From positions 1 to 51,676 of the IMG/VR virus record IMGVR_UViG_3300009183_000012: 51,676 nt of DNA, one strand, 5' to 3'. Below the pieces are notes generated by a model. It saw only the letters and a list, made by a program, of their open reading frames with translations. It was not told where the DNA came from and ran no database searches. The position numbers were made by a program, and so were the translations under genes. Below, piece after piece: positions 36,300-46,050 of the stretch. Each line of letters begins with the position of its first letter. Position 1 is the first letter of the stretch. Source of the stretch: a virus (taxonomy: Duplodnaviria > Caudoviricetes).

Positions 36300-37082
36300 A
36301 TGAAACTCAGTTCCCGCGCAGTTATCGCAGTCCTCAACGTCGGTGCATGGCGCGTCGTCAAACGCCATGCCGCCGAGACCGCAGTCGAGAACGCTCGGCA
36401 CGGTCTCACCAACGAAGCCCGCGTCGACGTCAAGATCTGCGCCCACCATGCCTTGGAATCCATCGCCGAGCTTCATTCTGAAGCTCGGCTTGAGCACTAT
36501 CGGCTCACGCTCCCCTGCGCAGACAAGGGTTTGCGCCTCCTCCCTGCCGCCCGACAGTTCGAACACAGTGAGATCATGAAGGACTTCGCCGCCCGCATCC
36601 AGCAGCTGGTGACGACGTTCCTTGCGGACTACGACACCGTCCGCACCGACGCCCCGGCTCGGCTCAACGGCCTCTACGTCGCCGCCCATTGGCCAACGCA
36701 CGAGGTGGTTGAGTCCAAGTTCTACTTCACCACCCGCTACCTCCCGGTGCCCGACGTCGGGCAGTGGGCCGAGTGGCTGGAAGAGGCGTCGGCCTGCGCC
36801 CAAGATGAACTGCGCGAGCGTCTCGCCGATGCCGTCGTCAAGGTCGCGCAGAAGTTGCGCGACCCCAAGGCAATCTTCCGCGACACCCTCGTGTCCAACC
36901 TGACCGAGATCCTCGCCCTCGTCCCCGACCTCAACCTCGCCGACGACCCGGTCATCGCCGACCTCGCTCGCCAAGCGGGTGACCTCGTCGAGCACGACGC
37001 CGACACCCTGCGCGATGACCCCATCGCTCGCGCTAACACGGCGTCCCGCGCCAATGAAATCTGCACCATGTTCTCCCTGTAA
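36300..37082 (+). CDS. DUF3150-like helical protein associated with the AAA/VWA pair
   Basis: HY..TLP..D.G.RLLP, Y....WP....V..KF, IFRDTLV.N...L....P.LN..DDP. Confidence 0.6.
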   Translation: MKLSSRAVIAVLNVGAWRVVKRHAAETAVENARHGLTNEARVDVKICAHHALESIAELHSEARLEHYRLTLPCADKGLRLLPAARQFEHSEIMKDFAARIQQLVTTFLADYDTVRTDAPARLNGLYVAAHWPTHEVVESKFYFTTRYLPVPDVGQWAEWLEEASACAQDELRERLADAVVKVAQKLRDPKAIFRDTLVSNLTEILALVPDLNLADDPVIADLARQAGDLVEHDADTLRDDPIARANTASRANEICTMFSL

Positions 37083-37094
37083 ACCTGTTTTACC

Positions 37095-38300
37095 ATGTCC
37101 ACCACACCCATCGCTATCGACAAAGCCCGCTACTGGGCGCTCACCACTCCGCACGCTGCCTTCTACGGCAGCCTCGCCTCCAACTTGGTCGACGTCATGG
37201 ACCCCTCGGTCCAGACCGCTGCGACCGACGGCAAGGTCATCCGCTGGAGTCCGGAGTTCGTCGCCTCCCTCACGCCGGAGGAGGTGCGCTTCGTGCTCCT
37301 GCACGAGACCCTCCACTGCGCCCACAACCACTTCGACCGCTTGCCCATTACCCCCGAGGGTAACGAGGCAGGCGACTACGCGATCAACGCCGTCCTCGAA
37401 AAGGTCGCCGGGATCACGATGCCCAAGGGTGGGCTGCGCGACACCAAGTACGACGGTCTCGCGGAGGAGGAAATCCTCGCCGCCCTCCGCCGCAAGCCGC
37501 AGCCCAAGCCGCAGGATGGCCAGCCCGGCCAGCCCGGCCAGCCCGACCCCAACGGCCAGCCCGACCAGCCCGACCCCAACGGCCAGCCCGACCCCGGTGG
37601 CTGCGGCGGGTTTGGCCCGCCTGCACCCTCTGCCCCGCCTGCCCCCGGCAAGGCCGCGCCGCAGACGATGGCGGAGAAATGGACGCAGGCCATCGTGCAG
37701 GCCGACATGGCCGCACGCAGCCTCGGCAAAGGCAATGCGCCCGCCGAGATGCAGCGCATCATCGACGCCGCGACCGCTGCGGCCAAGCTCAACTGGAAAG
37801 ACGAGACCGCGGACTTCCTCAAGTCCAGCATCGCGACCCGCAACGATTGGACCCGCTCGGCCCGCCGGTTCGCGGGTGCTCCCGTGATCTATCCCCGCCG
37901 CCGGGTCGACTCGACCGGTCTCGTGGTGTTCGTCCGCGACACGTCGGGCAGCGTCGACGACAAGCTCACGGCGCAGTTCACGGCGCTCATCGCGCAGTGC
38001 TGCGGCGACCTGAACTGTGAGGCTCTGGTCATGGACTGCGACACGATCATCCACGCCGAGTATCGCCTCGCACCCGGCGAGGAAGCGCCCCTGCACGCCA
38101 AGGGCGGCGGAGGCACCGACTTCCGCGAGCCCTTCGCCCGCGTCGCGGAGCTGGTCGAGTCGGGCGAGAACGTCGCCGGTCTGGTCTACCTGACAGACCT
38201 CTGCGGTGACGAACCCGACACGGTCGACGTCTCGACCCTGTGGTTGTCCACGACCAAGTCGGTCGCCCGCACTGGTCACACGGTCCACGTCGACCTGTGA
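37095..38300 (+). CDS. DUF2201-like metallopeptidase plus VWA domain protein
   Basis: TAATDG, HETLH (HExxH), N.A.D..IN, MIDAS DTSGS, GGGGTDF, YLTD. Confidence 0.85.
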   Translation: MSTTPIAIDKARYWALTTPHAAFYGSLASNLVDVMDPSVQTAATDGKVIRWSPEFVASLTPEEVRFVLLHETLHCAHNHFDRLPITPEGNEAGDYAINAVLEKVAGITMPKGGLRDTKYDGLAEEEILAALRRKPQPKPQDGQPGQPGQPDPNGQPDQPDPNGQPDPGGCGGFGPPAPSAPPAPGKAAPQTMAEKWTQAIVQADMAARSLGKGNAPAEMQRIIDAATAAAKLNWKDETADFLKSSIATRNDWTRSARRFAGAPVIYPRRRVDSTGLVVFVRDTSGSVDDKLTAQFTALIAQCCGDLNCEALVMDCDTIIHAEYRLAPGEEAPLHAKGGGGTDFREPFARVAELVESGENVAGLVYLTDLCGDEPDTVDVSTLWLSTTKSVARTGHTVHVDL

Positions 38301-38307
38301 CCCACCA

Positions 38308-38331
38308 CCACCCTCCCTCGGGGGAGGGTGG
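38308..38331 (+). promoter_or_regulatory. Intergenic 10-bp hairpin upstream of the Gly-X array
   Basis: CCACCCTCCC-TCGG-GGGAGGGTGG. Confidence 0.5.
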
Positions 38332-38339
38332 CCCCTTTC

Positions 38340-38645
38340 ATGACCACGATCAACGGCAACGGCATCGGCATCGGCTACGGCTACGGCAACGGCTACGGCA
38401 ACGGCTACGGCGACGGCTACGGCGACGGCGACGGCAACGGCTACGGCGACGGCTACGGCGACGGCGACGGCGACGGCTCCGGCAACGGCTACGGCTACGG
38501 CTCCGGCTCCGGCTACGGCTACGGCTACGGCATCGGCATCGGCGACGGCTACGGCTGCGGCATCGGCGACGGCTACGGCTGCGGCGACGGCGTCTTCGCC
38601 CGACGCGCCGACGACCCATTGCAGGCACTCACCACCCTCTCATGA
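38340..38645 (+). CDS. Gly-X repeat protein 1 (101 aa)
   Basis: MTTING-(GX)n-GVFARRADDPLQALTTLS. Confidence 0.8.
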   Translation: MTTINGNGIGIGYGYGNGYGNGYGDGYGDGDGNGYGDGYGDGDGDGSGNGYGYGSGSGYGYGYGIGIGDGYGCGIGDGYGCGDGVFARRADDPLQALTTLS

Positions 38646-38881
38646 CGACGATCAAAGGCGACGGCATCGGCTACGGCTCCGGCTACGGCTACAACAACGG
38701 CGACGGCTACGGCTACGGCTACGGCTCCGGCTACGGCTACGGCTACGGCATCGGCAACGGCGACGGCTACGGCGACGGCTCCGGCGACGGCTACGGCATC
38801 GGCGACGGCTACGGTGACGGCGACGGCGTCTTCGCCCGACGCGCCGACGACCCATTGCAGGCACTCACCACTCTCTCATGA
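38642..38881 (+). CDS. Gly-X repeat protein 2 (79 aa)
   Basis: ATGA-coupled; same N- and C-terminal caps. Confidence 0.8.
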   Translation: MTTIKGDGIGYGSGYGYNNGDGYGYGYGSGYGYGYGIGNGDGYGDGSGDGYGIGDGYGDGDGVFARRADDPLQALTTLS

Positions 38882-39257
38882 CGACGATCAAAGGCGACGG
38901 CTACGGCTACGGCTCCGGCTACGGCTACAACAACGGCGACGGCTACGGCTACGGCATCGGCTCCGGCTCCGGCTCCGGCTACGGCAACGGCAACGGCTAC
39001 GGCTACGGCATCGGCATCGGCTACGGCAACGGCAACGGCTACGGCTACGGCATCGGCAACGGCTACGGCGACGGCGACGGCTACGGCTACGGCCATGGCT
39101 ACGGCTACGGCGACGGCTACGGCTCCGGCTACGGCAACGGCTCCGGCTCCGGCTCCGGCTCCGGCAACGGCGACGGCTCCGGCAACGGCAACGGCCAAGG
39201 CACCGGAGTCTTCGCCCGACGCGCCGACGACCCATTGCAGGCGCTCACCACCCTTTC

Positions 39258-39261
<4 letters not shown>
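38878..39261 (+). CDS. Gly-X repeat protein 3 (127 aa)
   Basis: ATGA-coupled; same caps. Confidence 0.8.
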
Positions 39262-39563
<302 letters not shown>

Positions 39564-39594
39564 CAAACAACAACAACCAAAAACAGATATCACC

Positions 39595-39861
39595 ATGAGC
39601 AACATCATCACCCCCGGCTGGCACATCGTCGTCGTCGACAGCGGCTTCGTCTTCTGCGGCGACTGCATCCACAACGAGGATACCCTCGTCATCACCAACG
39701 TCAAACAACTCCGCCAGTGGGGCACGACCCGTGGCCTCGGCGAGTTGGTCAACGGACCCACGACCAAGACCGTCATCGACCCGATCCCGTCGGTCATCGT
39801 GCCCCGCGCCCGCGTGATCTTCACGATCCCCGTGAACGACAAGAAATGGAGCAAGGCATGA
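39595..39861 (+). CDS. DUF6948-like small beta-barrel protein (88 aa)
   Basis: IVV.D.GFVF.G ... R.WGTT.GLGEL..GP...T.ID. Confidence 0.65.
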   Translation: MSNIITPGWHIVVVDSGFVFCGDCIHNEDTLVITNVKQLRQWGTTRGLGELVNGPTTKTVIDPIPSVIVPRARVIFTIPVNDKKWSKA

Positions 39862-40134
39862 TCACCACGTACTGGGTCACCCCCACGAAAGGGAACCTTG
39901 GTAGCGGCACCTTGCGCAAGCAGCGGGGGGTACCGCCACATCGTGTCCCGACCGGTGCTGATCTGGGACGACTCCACCACGCCCCCCACGCTGCTGCGCC
40001 AACAGCAGCCGTGGAAGGCCGTGAGTGCTGGCGCACCCATGCACCCCTTCTTCCTCCACCGCGACAAACTTTATCGCGTGCCGTCTATCACTGAACCCTG
40101 CATCGCCGAACTCGTCTTCGATCATCAACCGTAA
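39858..40134 (+). pseudogene. Hypothetical gene split by a +1 shift at a G6 run (39925-39930)
   Basis: ATGA-coupled start in one frame; C-ending codon bias continues in the +1 frame after GGGGGG. Confidence 0.5.
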
Positions 40135-40139
40135 CCACC

Positions 40140-40721
40140 ATGTCCATCTACATCACTCCCGAAATTCAGAAAGCCCTCACCGACCTCGGCTGGCCCGAAG
40201 TTCCCGATGCCCGTCTCAGCACTTACGTTCACCACCGCTCCACCAGCGAGCCTTCGATCTACGTGCGAGCGGTCAAACGTCGTGGCTATGGGCACCCAAC
40301 CAGTCCCACCAAGTTCGTCGTGGGCTGCGACTACAAAGACGCTATCGGCGTCGACGCGATCAAACCCCACACCGTCAACATCGAAGCGACCAAGTGGGTG
40401 CAGTCGCTGTTCCGCTGGCACACCACCGCGACGTTCAAGCTGGTCGAGATCCGCGCCAAGCATGCCGAGCGCGACCGTGAGACGAAGCGCAAGAACTCTC
40501 GCCGCGAAGCTCACGCCGAGGAACTCAAGGCGATTACCGGCGACACCGGCTGCCTTGTGGCCGGTGGCGTAGCCGACGACGGCAGCTATACCAGTATCCG
40601 GTTAAACCTGACACTGATCAACAAGCTCAATGAGCGACTCGCTTACCAGCCGATTGCCGCTGCGGCGAAACGTGGAGGGGAGTTGATCACGCTCCTCAAG
40701 GAGCACGGCTTCCTGACGTGA
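40140..40721 (+). CDS. Hypothetical protein
   Basis: 193-aa ORF with early-gene codon bias. Confidence 0.7.
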   Translation: MSIYITPEIQKALTDLGWPEVPDARLSTYVHHRSTSEPSIYVRAVKRRGYGHPTSPTKFVVGCDYKDAIGVDAIKPHTVNIEATKWVQSLFRWHTTATFKLVEIRAKHAERDRETKRKNSRREAHAEELKAITGDTGCLVAGGVADDGSYTSIRLNLTLINKLNERLAYQPIAAAAKRGGELITLLKEHGFLT

Positions 40722-40748
40722 GATAGTTCAAGGCAGGTATTGTAGGCA

Positions 40749-40770
40749 TTGACACGAACGCGAGTTCGTG
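40749..40770 (+). promoter_or_regulatory. TTGACA -35 box overlapped by inverted repeat CACGAAC-gcga-GTTCGTG
   Basis: Upstream of the primase operon. Confidence 0.45.
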
Positions 40771-40789
40771 ATCGTGGTGCCACCCTGCA

Positions 40790-40921
40790 ATGACTCCCTC
40801 TCAACTTGCCGCCGCCCTTGGACGATTGTCCAAAGGCAAAAAGAAAACCCTGTCGAAGGCCGAGATCGCCCGACGGACCAAGCGATTGGCCGAAGCGCGG
40901 AAGTTGAGGTGGTCCAAATGA
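40790..40921 (+). CDS. Small basic peptide (43 aa), missing from the ORF track
   Basis: MTPSQLAAALGRLSKGKKKTLSKAEIARRTKRLAEARKLRWSK; its stop overlaps the primase ATG. Confidence 0.6.
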   Translation: MTPSQLAAALGRLSKGKKKTLSKAEIARRTKRLAEARKLRWSK

Positions 40922-43362
40922 GCGCCCGCTACTTCAGCGGACTCGCCAGCCACCTCGGACAGGTCCACGAGTTGCCCCACCAGACCTTCGCAGAGCTGGT
41001 CGAGGCAACCGTGGCCAAGCCGGTGCAGCTGGCACTCACTCGGCCCCAGATGTTCGCCCTGCCCGACAAGGCGCAGAACGAAGCCAAGCGCACTGCCTAT
41101 CTGGTGCCAGCGGTCTTCAAGACCAACCCCTCACCCCGCCAGACTGACGCGGCAACACACTGCAACCTGTTATTCGTCGACATCGACGACGGAGCAGAGA
41201 CGCAACGCATCCTCAACGTCGGACCCGCCACCCTGTTGGGGGATCTCGCCGCCGTGGTGTGGCACACTGCCCGCTCGACCCCCGACAAGCCCCGCCTCCG
41301 CGTCATGGTCTCAACCGAGAATCTGCCGGTCACCCAGTACGCCCGGGCAGTGACCGCACTGGCGGGACTGCTCGGCATGAGTTCAGTCACCCACGAATCC
41401 AAGGTTGCCGTCCAACCCATGTATGTCCCGGTTCAATACGCGGGAGATGCGACCACCCCGCTGGTCTATGACAACCCGGATGGCACCAGCTTCGACCACG
41501 CCACCCTTGCGGCACTCGACAATCTGCGCTCGGCCAATCCCCCCGCGCCGGAGGATGCCGACTTGGGCGACATCGAATACCTCCGTGCCCCGGTCGAGGA
41601 TATCACGACCGAGGAGATCACCGAAGCACTGACCAAGCTTGACGCCTCCTGCTCCATGCAGGCGTGGGTCGAGGTTGGCATGGGTCTCAAGCACCAGTTC
41701 GGACCCGCCGGTCTCGCCCTGTGGGACCAGTGGTCTGCCACCTCCGACAAATACCCGGGCCGGGAGGAGTTGCAGAAACGCTGGGACTCCTTCGCCGCTT
41801 CGCCCGCAGGGCGCGTCCCCATCACCATCCGCAGCATCATCCACGCTGCCACCGAGAACGGCTGGGACAACCGAGCCCTTGCCTCCCGCCTCTTTGAGAC
41901 CACCCGGGAATGGATCAGGTCCGACCAACGCTCCTCCGAGGAACTGCTCGACCAAGGGGGCAAGCGCATAGCCAAACTGGATACGATGATCGGAGCCTTG
42001 GAGCGCAAGGTTCTCCTCTCCGATCTCCACTCTGCGACCAAGGCCCGTGGGCTGCGTGGACCCACGGTGCAAGACCTGTCGCGTGAGGTGCAGCGATTGA
42101 CCCAGACCGCCACCCGTGCCGCCAGCAGTGCCCCACCTTGGACGGTCGGCATCGCTTTCCTCACTGCCCCCAACCTGTTTTACCGTTACCTCGACCGTCG
42201 CAAAATGCGGGGCGAGGTGGTCGACCTCATCTACCGCAGCCCCGACCCGACCCAGATGACCCGGCAATACCTCGTCCACGACGTGGGCATCCCCGTGGTG
42301 GAGAATCTGCGTTACGCACCCTCCGAGAGGAAACGTCTGTTCTCCTCTGGTGGCGTGCCGTATCTCAATACCTACTTCCCCTCCTTCGCCCCGCCCGATG
42401 CCAGTCAGTCGGTCTTGGCAGGCACACACTGGGAGGAGCATGCGATTAACCTTATGGGTGCAGACTATTGGGTCACCCTCACCGACTGGCTGGCTTACCA
42501 AGTGCAGCACCCCGGCAAGAAGATCCGCTGGGCACCCGTCATCCAGTCTGCGGTAGGCGGGGGCAAAGGGCTGGTTGCCCACGTCGCGACCCTTGTCTTG
42601 GGCAGCCCCAACGTGCAACGGCTCGCAGCCGAACATGTCTTGGAAGGCAGCCACAACGGCTGGGCTGCCAACTTTCAACTCACCGTCTTGGACGAAGTCC
42701 GCATCATCGGAGCCAACCAGCACCGGGTCATGGACAAGCTCAAGCCCTGCATCTCGGACGACTCCATCTCAGTGCGTCAGATCTATGAGCCGGTGATGAC
42801 GACGCCTAACGTCACCAACTACATCTTGTTCACCAACTATCACGACTCGCTCGCAGTCCATGACGAGGACCGTCGCTACTTCGTCGTCAACAGTCCTCTC
42901 AAGGACCGGCAGGCGATCCTTCGCTTGGGTTCCGACTACTTCGACCGCATGTACTCCACCTTCGCAGCCAACGCAGGCGGACTGCGGCACTTCTTTGAGA
43001 ACTGGAAGATCTCCCCCACGTTCAAGCCCGAGGGTCGGGCACCCATCACTCCGTTCCTCGGTGCCCTCGCCAAGCAGACGGCTTCGCCTCTGTCCCGTGC
43101 CGTGAGCGAGGCATTGGAGGATGAACCCACCCCACTGGTGCGCCGTGACCTCGTGTCCCTGACGGAACTACGGCAATCCCTCCCCTCGCACCGACTGCCA
43201 GCCTTCACCGATCAAGGTTTGTCCGGCATCCTGAGGGACAAGGGCTTCACCGATCTCGGTCGGCATCCCCTGAACGGCGAACGGCACTCGCTCTGGACGA
43301 CGAGAGACGAGCCATTGGCTGTCACCCTTGGCCACGCGCAGGCGCGACTCGATCTTTTCTGA
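40918..43362 (+). CDS. Primase-helicase (PrimPol-like + PriCT-2 + SF3/DUF5906-like)
   Basis: FVDIDD and WHT..S..P.LRV; W.EVGMGLK..LWDQWS..KY; Walker A GGGKG, VLDE, FTN..D....DRRYFV; probable start 40918. Confidence 0.85.
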   Translation: MSARYFSGLASHLGQVHELPHQTFAELVEATVAKPVQLALTRPQMFALPDKAQNEAKRTAYLVPAVFKTNPSPRQTDAATHCNLLFVDIDDGAETQRILNVGPATLLGDLAAVVWHTARSTPDKPRLRVMVSTENLPVTQYARAVTALAGLLGMSSVTHESKVAVQPMYVPVQYAGDATTPLVYDNPDGTSFDHATLAALDNLRSANPPAPEDADLGDIEYLRAPVEDITTEEITEALTKLDASCSMQAWVEVGMGLKHQFGPAGLALWDQWSATSDKYPGREELQKRWDSFAASPAGRVPITIRSIIHAATENGWDNRALASRLFETTREWIRSDQRSSEELLDQGGKRIAKLDTMIGALERKVLLSDLHSATKARGLRGPTVQDLSREVQRLTQTATRAASSAPPWTVGIAFLTAPNLFYRYLDRRKMRGEVVDLIYRSPDPTQMTRQYLVHDVGIPVVENLRYAPSERKRLFSSGGVPYLNTYFPSFAPPDASQSVLAGTHWEEHAINLMGADYWVTLTDWLAYQVQHPGKKIRWAPVIQSAVGGGKGLVAHVATLVLGSPNVQRLAAEHVLEGSHNGWAANFQLTVLDEVRIIGANQHRVMDKLKPCISDDSISVRQIYEPVMTTPNVTNYILFTNYHDSLAVHDEDRRYFVVNSPLKDRQAILRLGSDYFDRMYSTFAANAGGLRHFFENWKISPTFKPEGRAPITPFLGALAKQTASPLSRAVSEALEDEPTPLVRRDLVSLTELRQSLPSHRLPAFTDQGLSGILRDKGFTDLGRHPLNGERHSLWTTRDEPLAVTLGHAQARLDLF

Positions 43363-43420
43363 GATTGCGGCTTGACGCATCAACGATAACTGTTTTAGTC
43401 CCCAACAACCCAACCACCTC

Positions 43421-43561
43421 ATGAAAAAACAACCCTACTGCCGGTTCCCCATCGCTGTTCAGCCCCACCTCAAACTCGGAGCTTCGACCATCCTCATCTC
43501 CATCGCCATCGGCGTGGCGTTGGGGATCGGCTTCGTGCTCATCCTCACGTCCCTATCATGA
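43421..43561 (+). CDS. Small membrane protein (46 aa)
   Basis: CA-rich leader; C-terminal TM segment. Confidence 0.55.
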   Translation: MKKQPYCRFPIAVQPHLKLGASTILISIAIGVALGIGFVLILTSLS

Positions 43562-43713
43562 ACACGGTCATCGTCATCGTGGCACTGCTGGCAGTGCTTG
43601 TCCTCCCGGCCCGCATCGTGAGAGCGATGCGCCATGACTACTTCGCCCGGGGCTACGGCATGAGCCCATGCAAGCGGGCCATGCTCGCCCTCCGCAATAT
43701 CTTTTCCCTGTAA
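43558..43713 (+). CDS. Small membrane protein (51 aa)
   Basis: ATGA-coupled; N-terminal TM segment. Confidence 0.5.
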   Translation: MNTVIVIVALLAVLVLPARIVRAMRHDYFARGYGMSPCKRAMLALRNIFSL

Positions 43714-43737
43714 GTACAACCATAAACCAGTATACCT

Positions 43738-44151
43738 ATGTCACTAGAAACTGAAATCGCCAGCCTCACCCTTGCGGTGCAGGCTTTGACCAAAGCTCTC
43801 GCCTCCCAGCAGACCGCGCCCGTCGAGGCTACGCAGGAAGCCCCCGCCCCCGCCCCCGAGCCGGTCAAGGCCAAGCCCGCCAAGGTCGCCAAGCCCGCCA
43901 AGGTCGAAGCCCCGGCCCCTGAGCCCATCGTCGAGCCCACGCCCGAGCCCGTCGCTGCCGCCGAGCCTGCCCCGGCCAAGAAGTACACCGTGCAGGACAT
44001 CCGCACCCTCGCCCAACAAGCCTTGGACGACGGCAAGCTGGCCGGAGTCGTGGCGATCAACAAGGAGTTCGGCCTGAAGAAGATCTCCGAAGCGACCGAG
44101 GACAAGTTCGCCGACATCATCGCCCGCCTGACCACCCTCGTCCATGGGTAA
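43738..44151 (+). CDS. Pro/Ala-linker protein preceding DUF2800
   Basis: MSLE..I..L N-terminus, PAPEP linker, FG.KKISE C-terminus; conserved APSE-like module position. Confidence 0.7.
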   Translation: MSLETEIASLTLAVQALTKALASQQTAPVEATQEAPAPAPEPVKAKPAKVAKPAKVEAPAPEPIVEPTPEPVAAAEPAPAKKYTVQDIRTLAQQALDDGKLAGVVAINKEFGLKKISEATEDKFADIIARLTTLVHG

Positions 44152-45280
44152 GATCGACATCGGAGCCTCCTCGGCTCATCGGTGGACAGTCTGCACCGCA
44201 TCGCCGCAGTTCATCCTCGACCACGAGGATGACCTCCCGTCTGACCGGTCCAGTTACGCCGACGAGGGCACTCTCGCCCATGCCGTAGCTGCCAACATCC
44301 TGCTCAACCAGCCTATTCCAACTGGGCTGTCGGACGAACTTGTCGGCTACGTCAACGGCTACGTTGCTCACGTCCAATCGCACGGTGGCAAGCTGGCGGT
44401 GGAGACCAAGCTGCCGCTGTTCTACATGCCAGACCGCAACGGCATTGTCGATGCGGCAAGTTCGACGCCTGACGCCATCTACATCGACGACCTCAAGTAT
44501 GGGGTCGGGGTGTCGGTGGACGCACAGGACAACGAACAGCTGGCCATCTACGGCGAGTCAATCATCCGCCAGTGGGAGCAGGCGATCACGTTCAAGCCCG
44601 ACCACCGCATCCACCTCACCATCTACCAACCCCGTGACCGCAACAACCCAGAACCTGTTCGCACATGGGTGCTGACTCGTCGTGAGTTGGCGGAGTTGGC
44701 TGGCTGGATCGAGGGCAAGGCGGAGGAAGTCATGTCAGGCAAGGGGGTGTTCAAGGTATCGGACAAGGGGTGCCGGTTCTGCAAGGCCAAGGGGCTTTGC
44801 TCTGCCTACGCAAACCAAGGTCTGGTCGCACTGCCCGAGGCTGCCCGCGTGATCGAACTGCCGGATGCGAGTACGCTCCCCCGCTCCGAGCGGGTCAAAG
44901 TCTTGGCTGCCAAGAAAGTTCTCATCGACTGGCTGGAAGCAGTCGAGGACCAAGAGGTATCTGAACTGATGGCTGGCGCAGACCCGCAGGGGTTCAAGCT
45001 GGTCAGCGGGAAGAGCAACCGTGTGTGGTCGGATCCCGACTCCGCTCAGAAGCTGCTCTCCCTGCACCTCAATTTAGACGTAACGAGGCCGAGAGCAGAC
45101 CTCATTTCGCCCCACAAGGCGGAACAAGCTCTCAAAAACAAAGAGTTGTCGAAGCGTTTCCAGACGCGCCTTCACTCGCTCATCACAAAGCCGGAGGGGA
45201 GACCCACGTTGGTCGCCGAAAGCGACCCACGACCGGCACTACTGCTAGAAACCACGTTCGACAACCTCGACGTAATATAA
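44144..45280 (+). CDS. DUF2800 PD-(D/E)xK (Cas4-like) exonuclease
   Basis: ASSAHRW..C..S, ADEGTLAH, GIVD, DLKYG.G..V, QL..Y, CRFCKAK..C. Confidence 0.85.
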   Translation: MGKIDIGASSAHRWTVCTASPQFILDHEDDLPSDRSSYADEGTLAHAVAANILLNQPIPTGLSDELVGYVNGYVAHVQSHGGKLAVETKLPLFYMPDRNGIVDAASSTPDAIYIDDLKYGVGVSVDAQDNEQLAIYGESIIRQWEQAITFKPDHRIHLTIYQPRDRNNPEPVRTWVLTRRELAELAGWIEGKAEEVMSGKGVFKVSDKGCRFCKAKGLCSAYANQGLVALPEAARVIELPDASTLPRSERVKVLAAKKVLIDWLEAVEDQEVSELMAGADPQGFKLVSGKSNRVWSDPDSAQKLLSLHLNLDVTRPRADLISPHKAEQALKNKELSKRFQTRLHSLITKPEGRPTLVAESDPRPALLLETTFDNLDVI

Positions 45281-45282
45281 CC

Positions 45283-45816
45283 ATGGATACTAATACTAAT
45301 GTCAAGCTCACCAACGTGAGGCTTTCGTTCCCGTCCCTGTTCTCCGCCCGCAAGTTCGCGCCGACCGATGCCAAGGGATCGTTCTCCGCTGCGCTGATCC
45401 TCGACAAGAAGGTCAACGCCAAAGACATCGCCGCCGTCAAGGCTGCCATCGCTTCGGTCGTCGCGACCGACTTCAAGGGCAAGGCTCCCAGCAAGACCTG
45501 TCTGCGCGACGGCGCGGAGAAGTCTGACACCGACGGCTACGGCGACGGGGTCATGTTCATCTCCGCCCGCAGTGACAAGCGCCCACAGGTTGTGGGTCGT
45601 GACCTCACGCCCCTCACCGAGGAAGACGGCAAGCCCTACGCGGGCTGCTACATCAACGCCACCATCCAGATCTGGGGACAGGACAACCAGTATGGGAAGC
45701 GCATCAACGCCAAGCTGCGGTGTGTGCAGTTCTACAAGGACGGGGAGACGTTCGGCGAGGCCCCGATCAACATCGAGCAGGAGTTCAGCGTCATCACTGA
45801 CGACGACGTCCTTTGA
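45283..45816 (+). CDS. DUF2815 ssDNA-binding protein
   Basis: VRLSFP.LF, LRDG, YAGCYINA, VQFYKDGE.FG, acidic tail; start 45283. Confidence 0.85.
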   Translation: MDTNTNVKLTNVRLSFPSLFSARKFAPTDAKGSFSAALILDKKVNAKDIAAVKAAIASVVATDFKGKAPSKTCLRDGAEKSDTDGYGDGVMFISARSDKRPQVVGRDLTPLTEEDGKPYAGCYINATIQIWGQDNQYGKRINAKLRCVQFYKDGETFGEAPINIEQEFSVITDDDVL

Positions 45817-45821
45817 TCAAC

Positions 45822-46007
45822 ATGAGCACCAACCCGATCCAGCGGGCCAGTGCCTTGGCCAAAATGTTAGACTCCGATCCCGTTGTGGCAGCCCAGATCA
45901 AGGAGCACATTCCGGTCATCCGACTGCTGCAACTTCTTGAGATCACCGAGGAAGATCTCGTGAAGGCGATGCAGCTGGCAGCACCAGAAAACGAGCAGGA
46001 CAGTTAG
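45822..46007 (+). CDS. Hypothetical protein
   Basis: Short helical ORF in operon. Confidence 0.5.
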   Translation: MSTNPIQRASALAKMLDSDPVVAAQIKEHIPVIRLLQLLEITEEDLVKAMQLAAPENEQDS

Positions 46008-46050
46008 ACCCTCAAGCCCCGTGTGGAAACACACGGGGCACAATTTTCCC

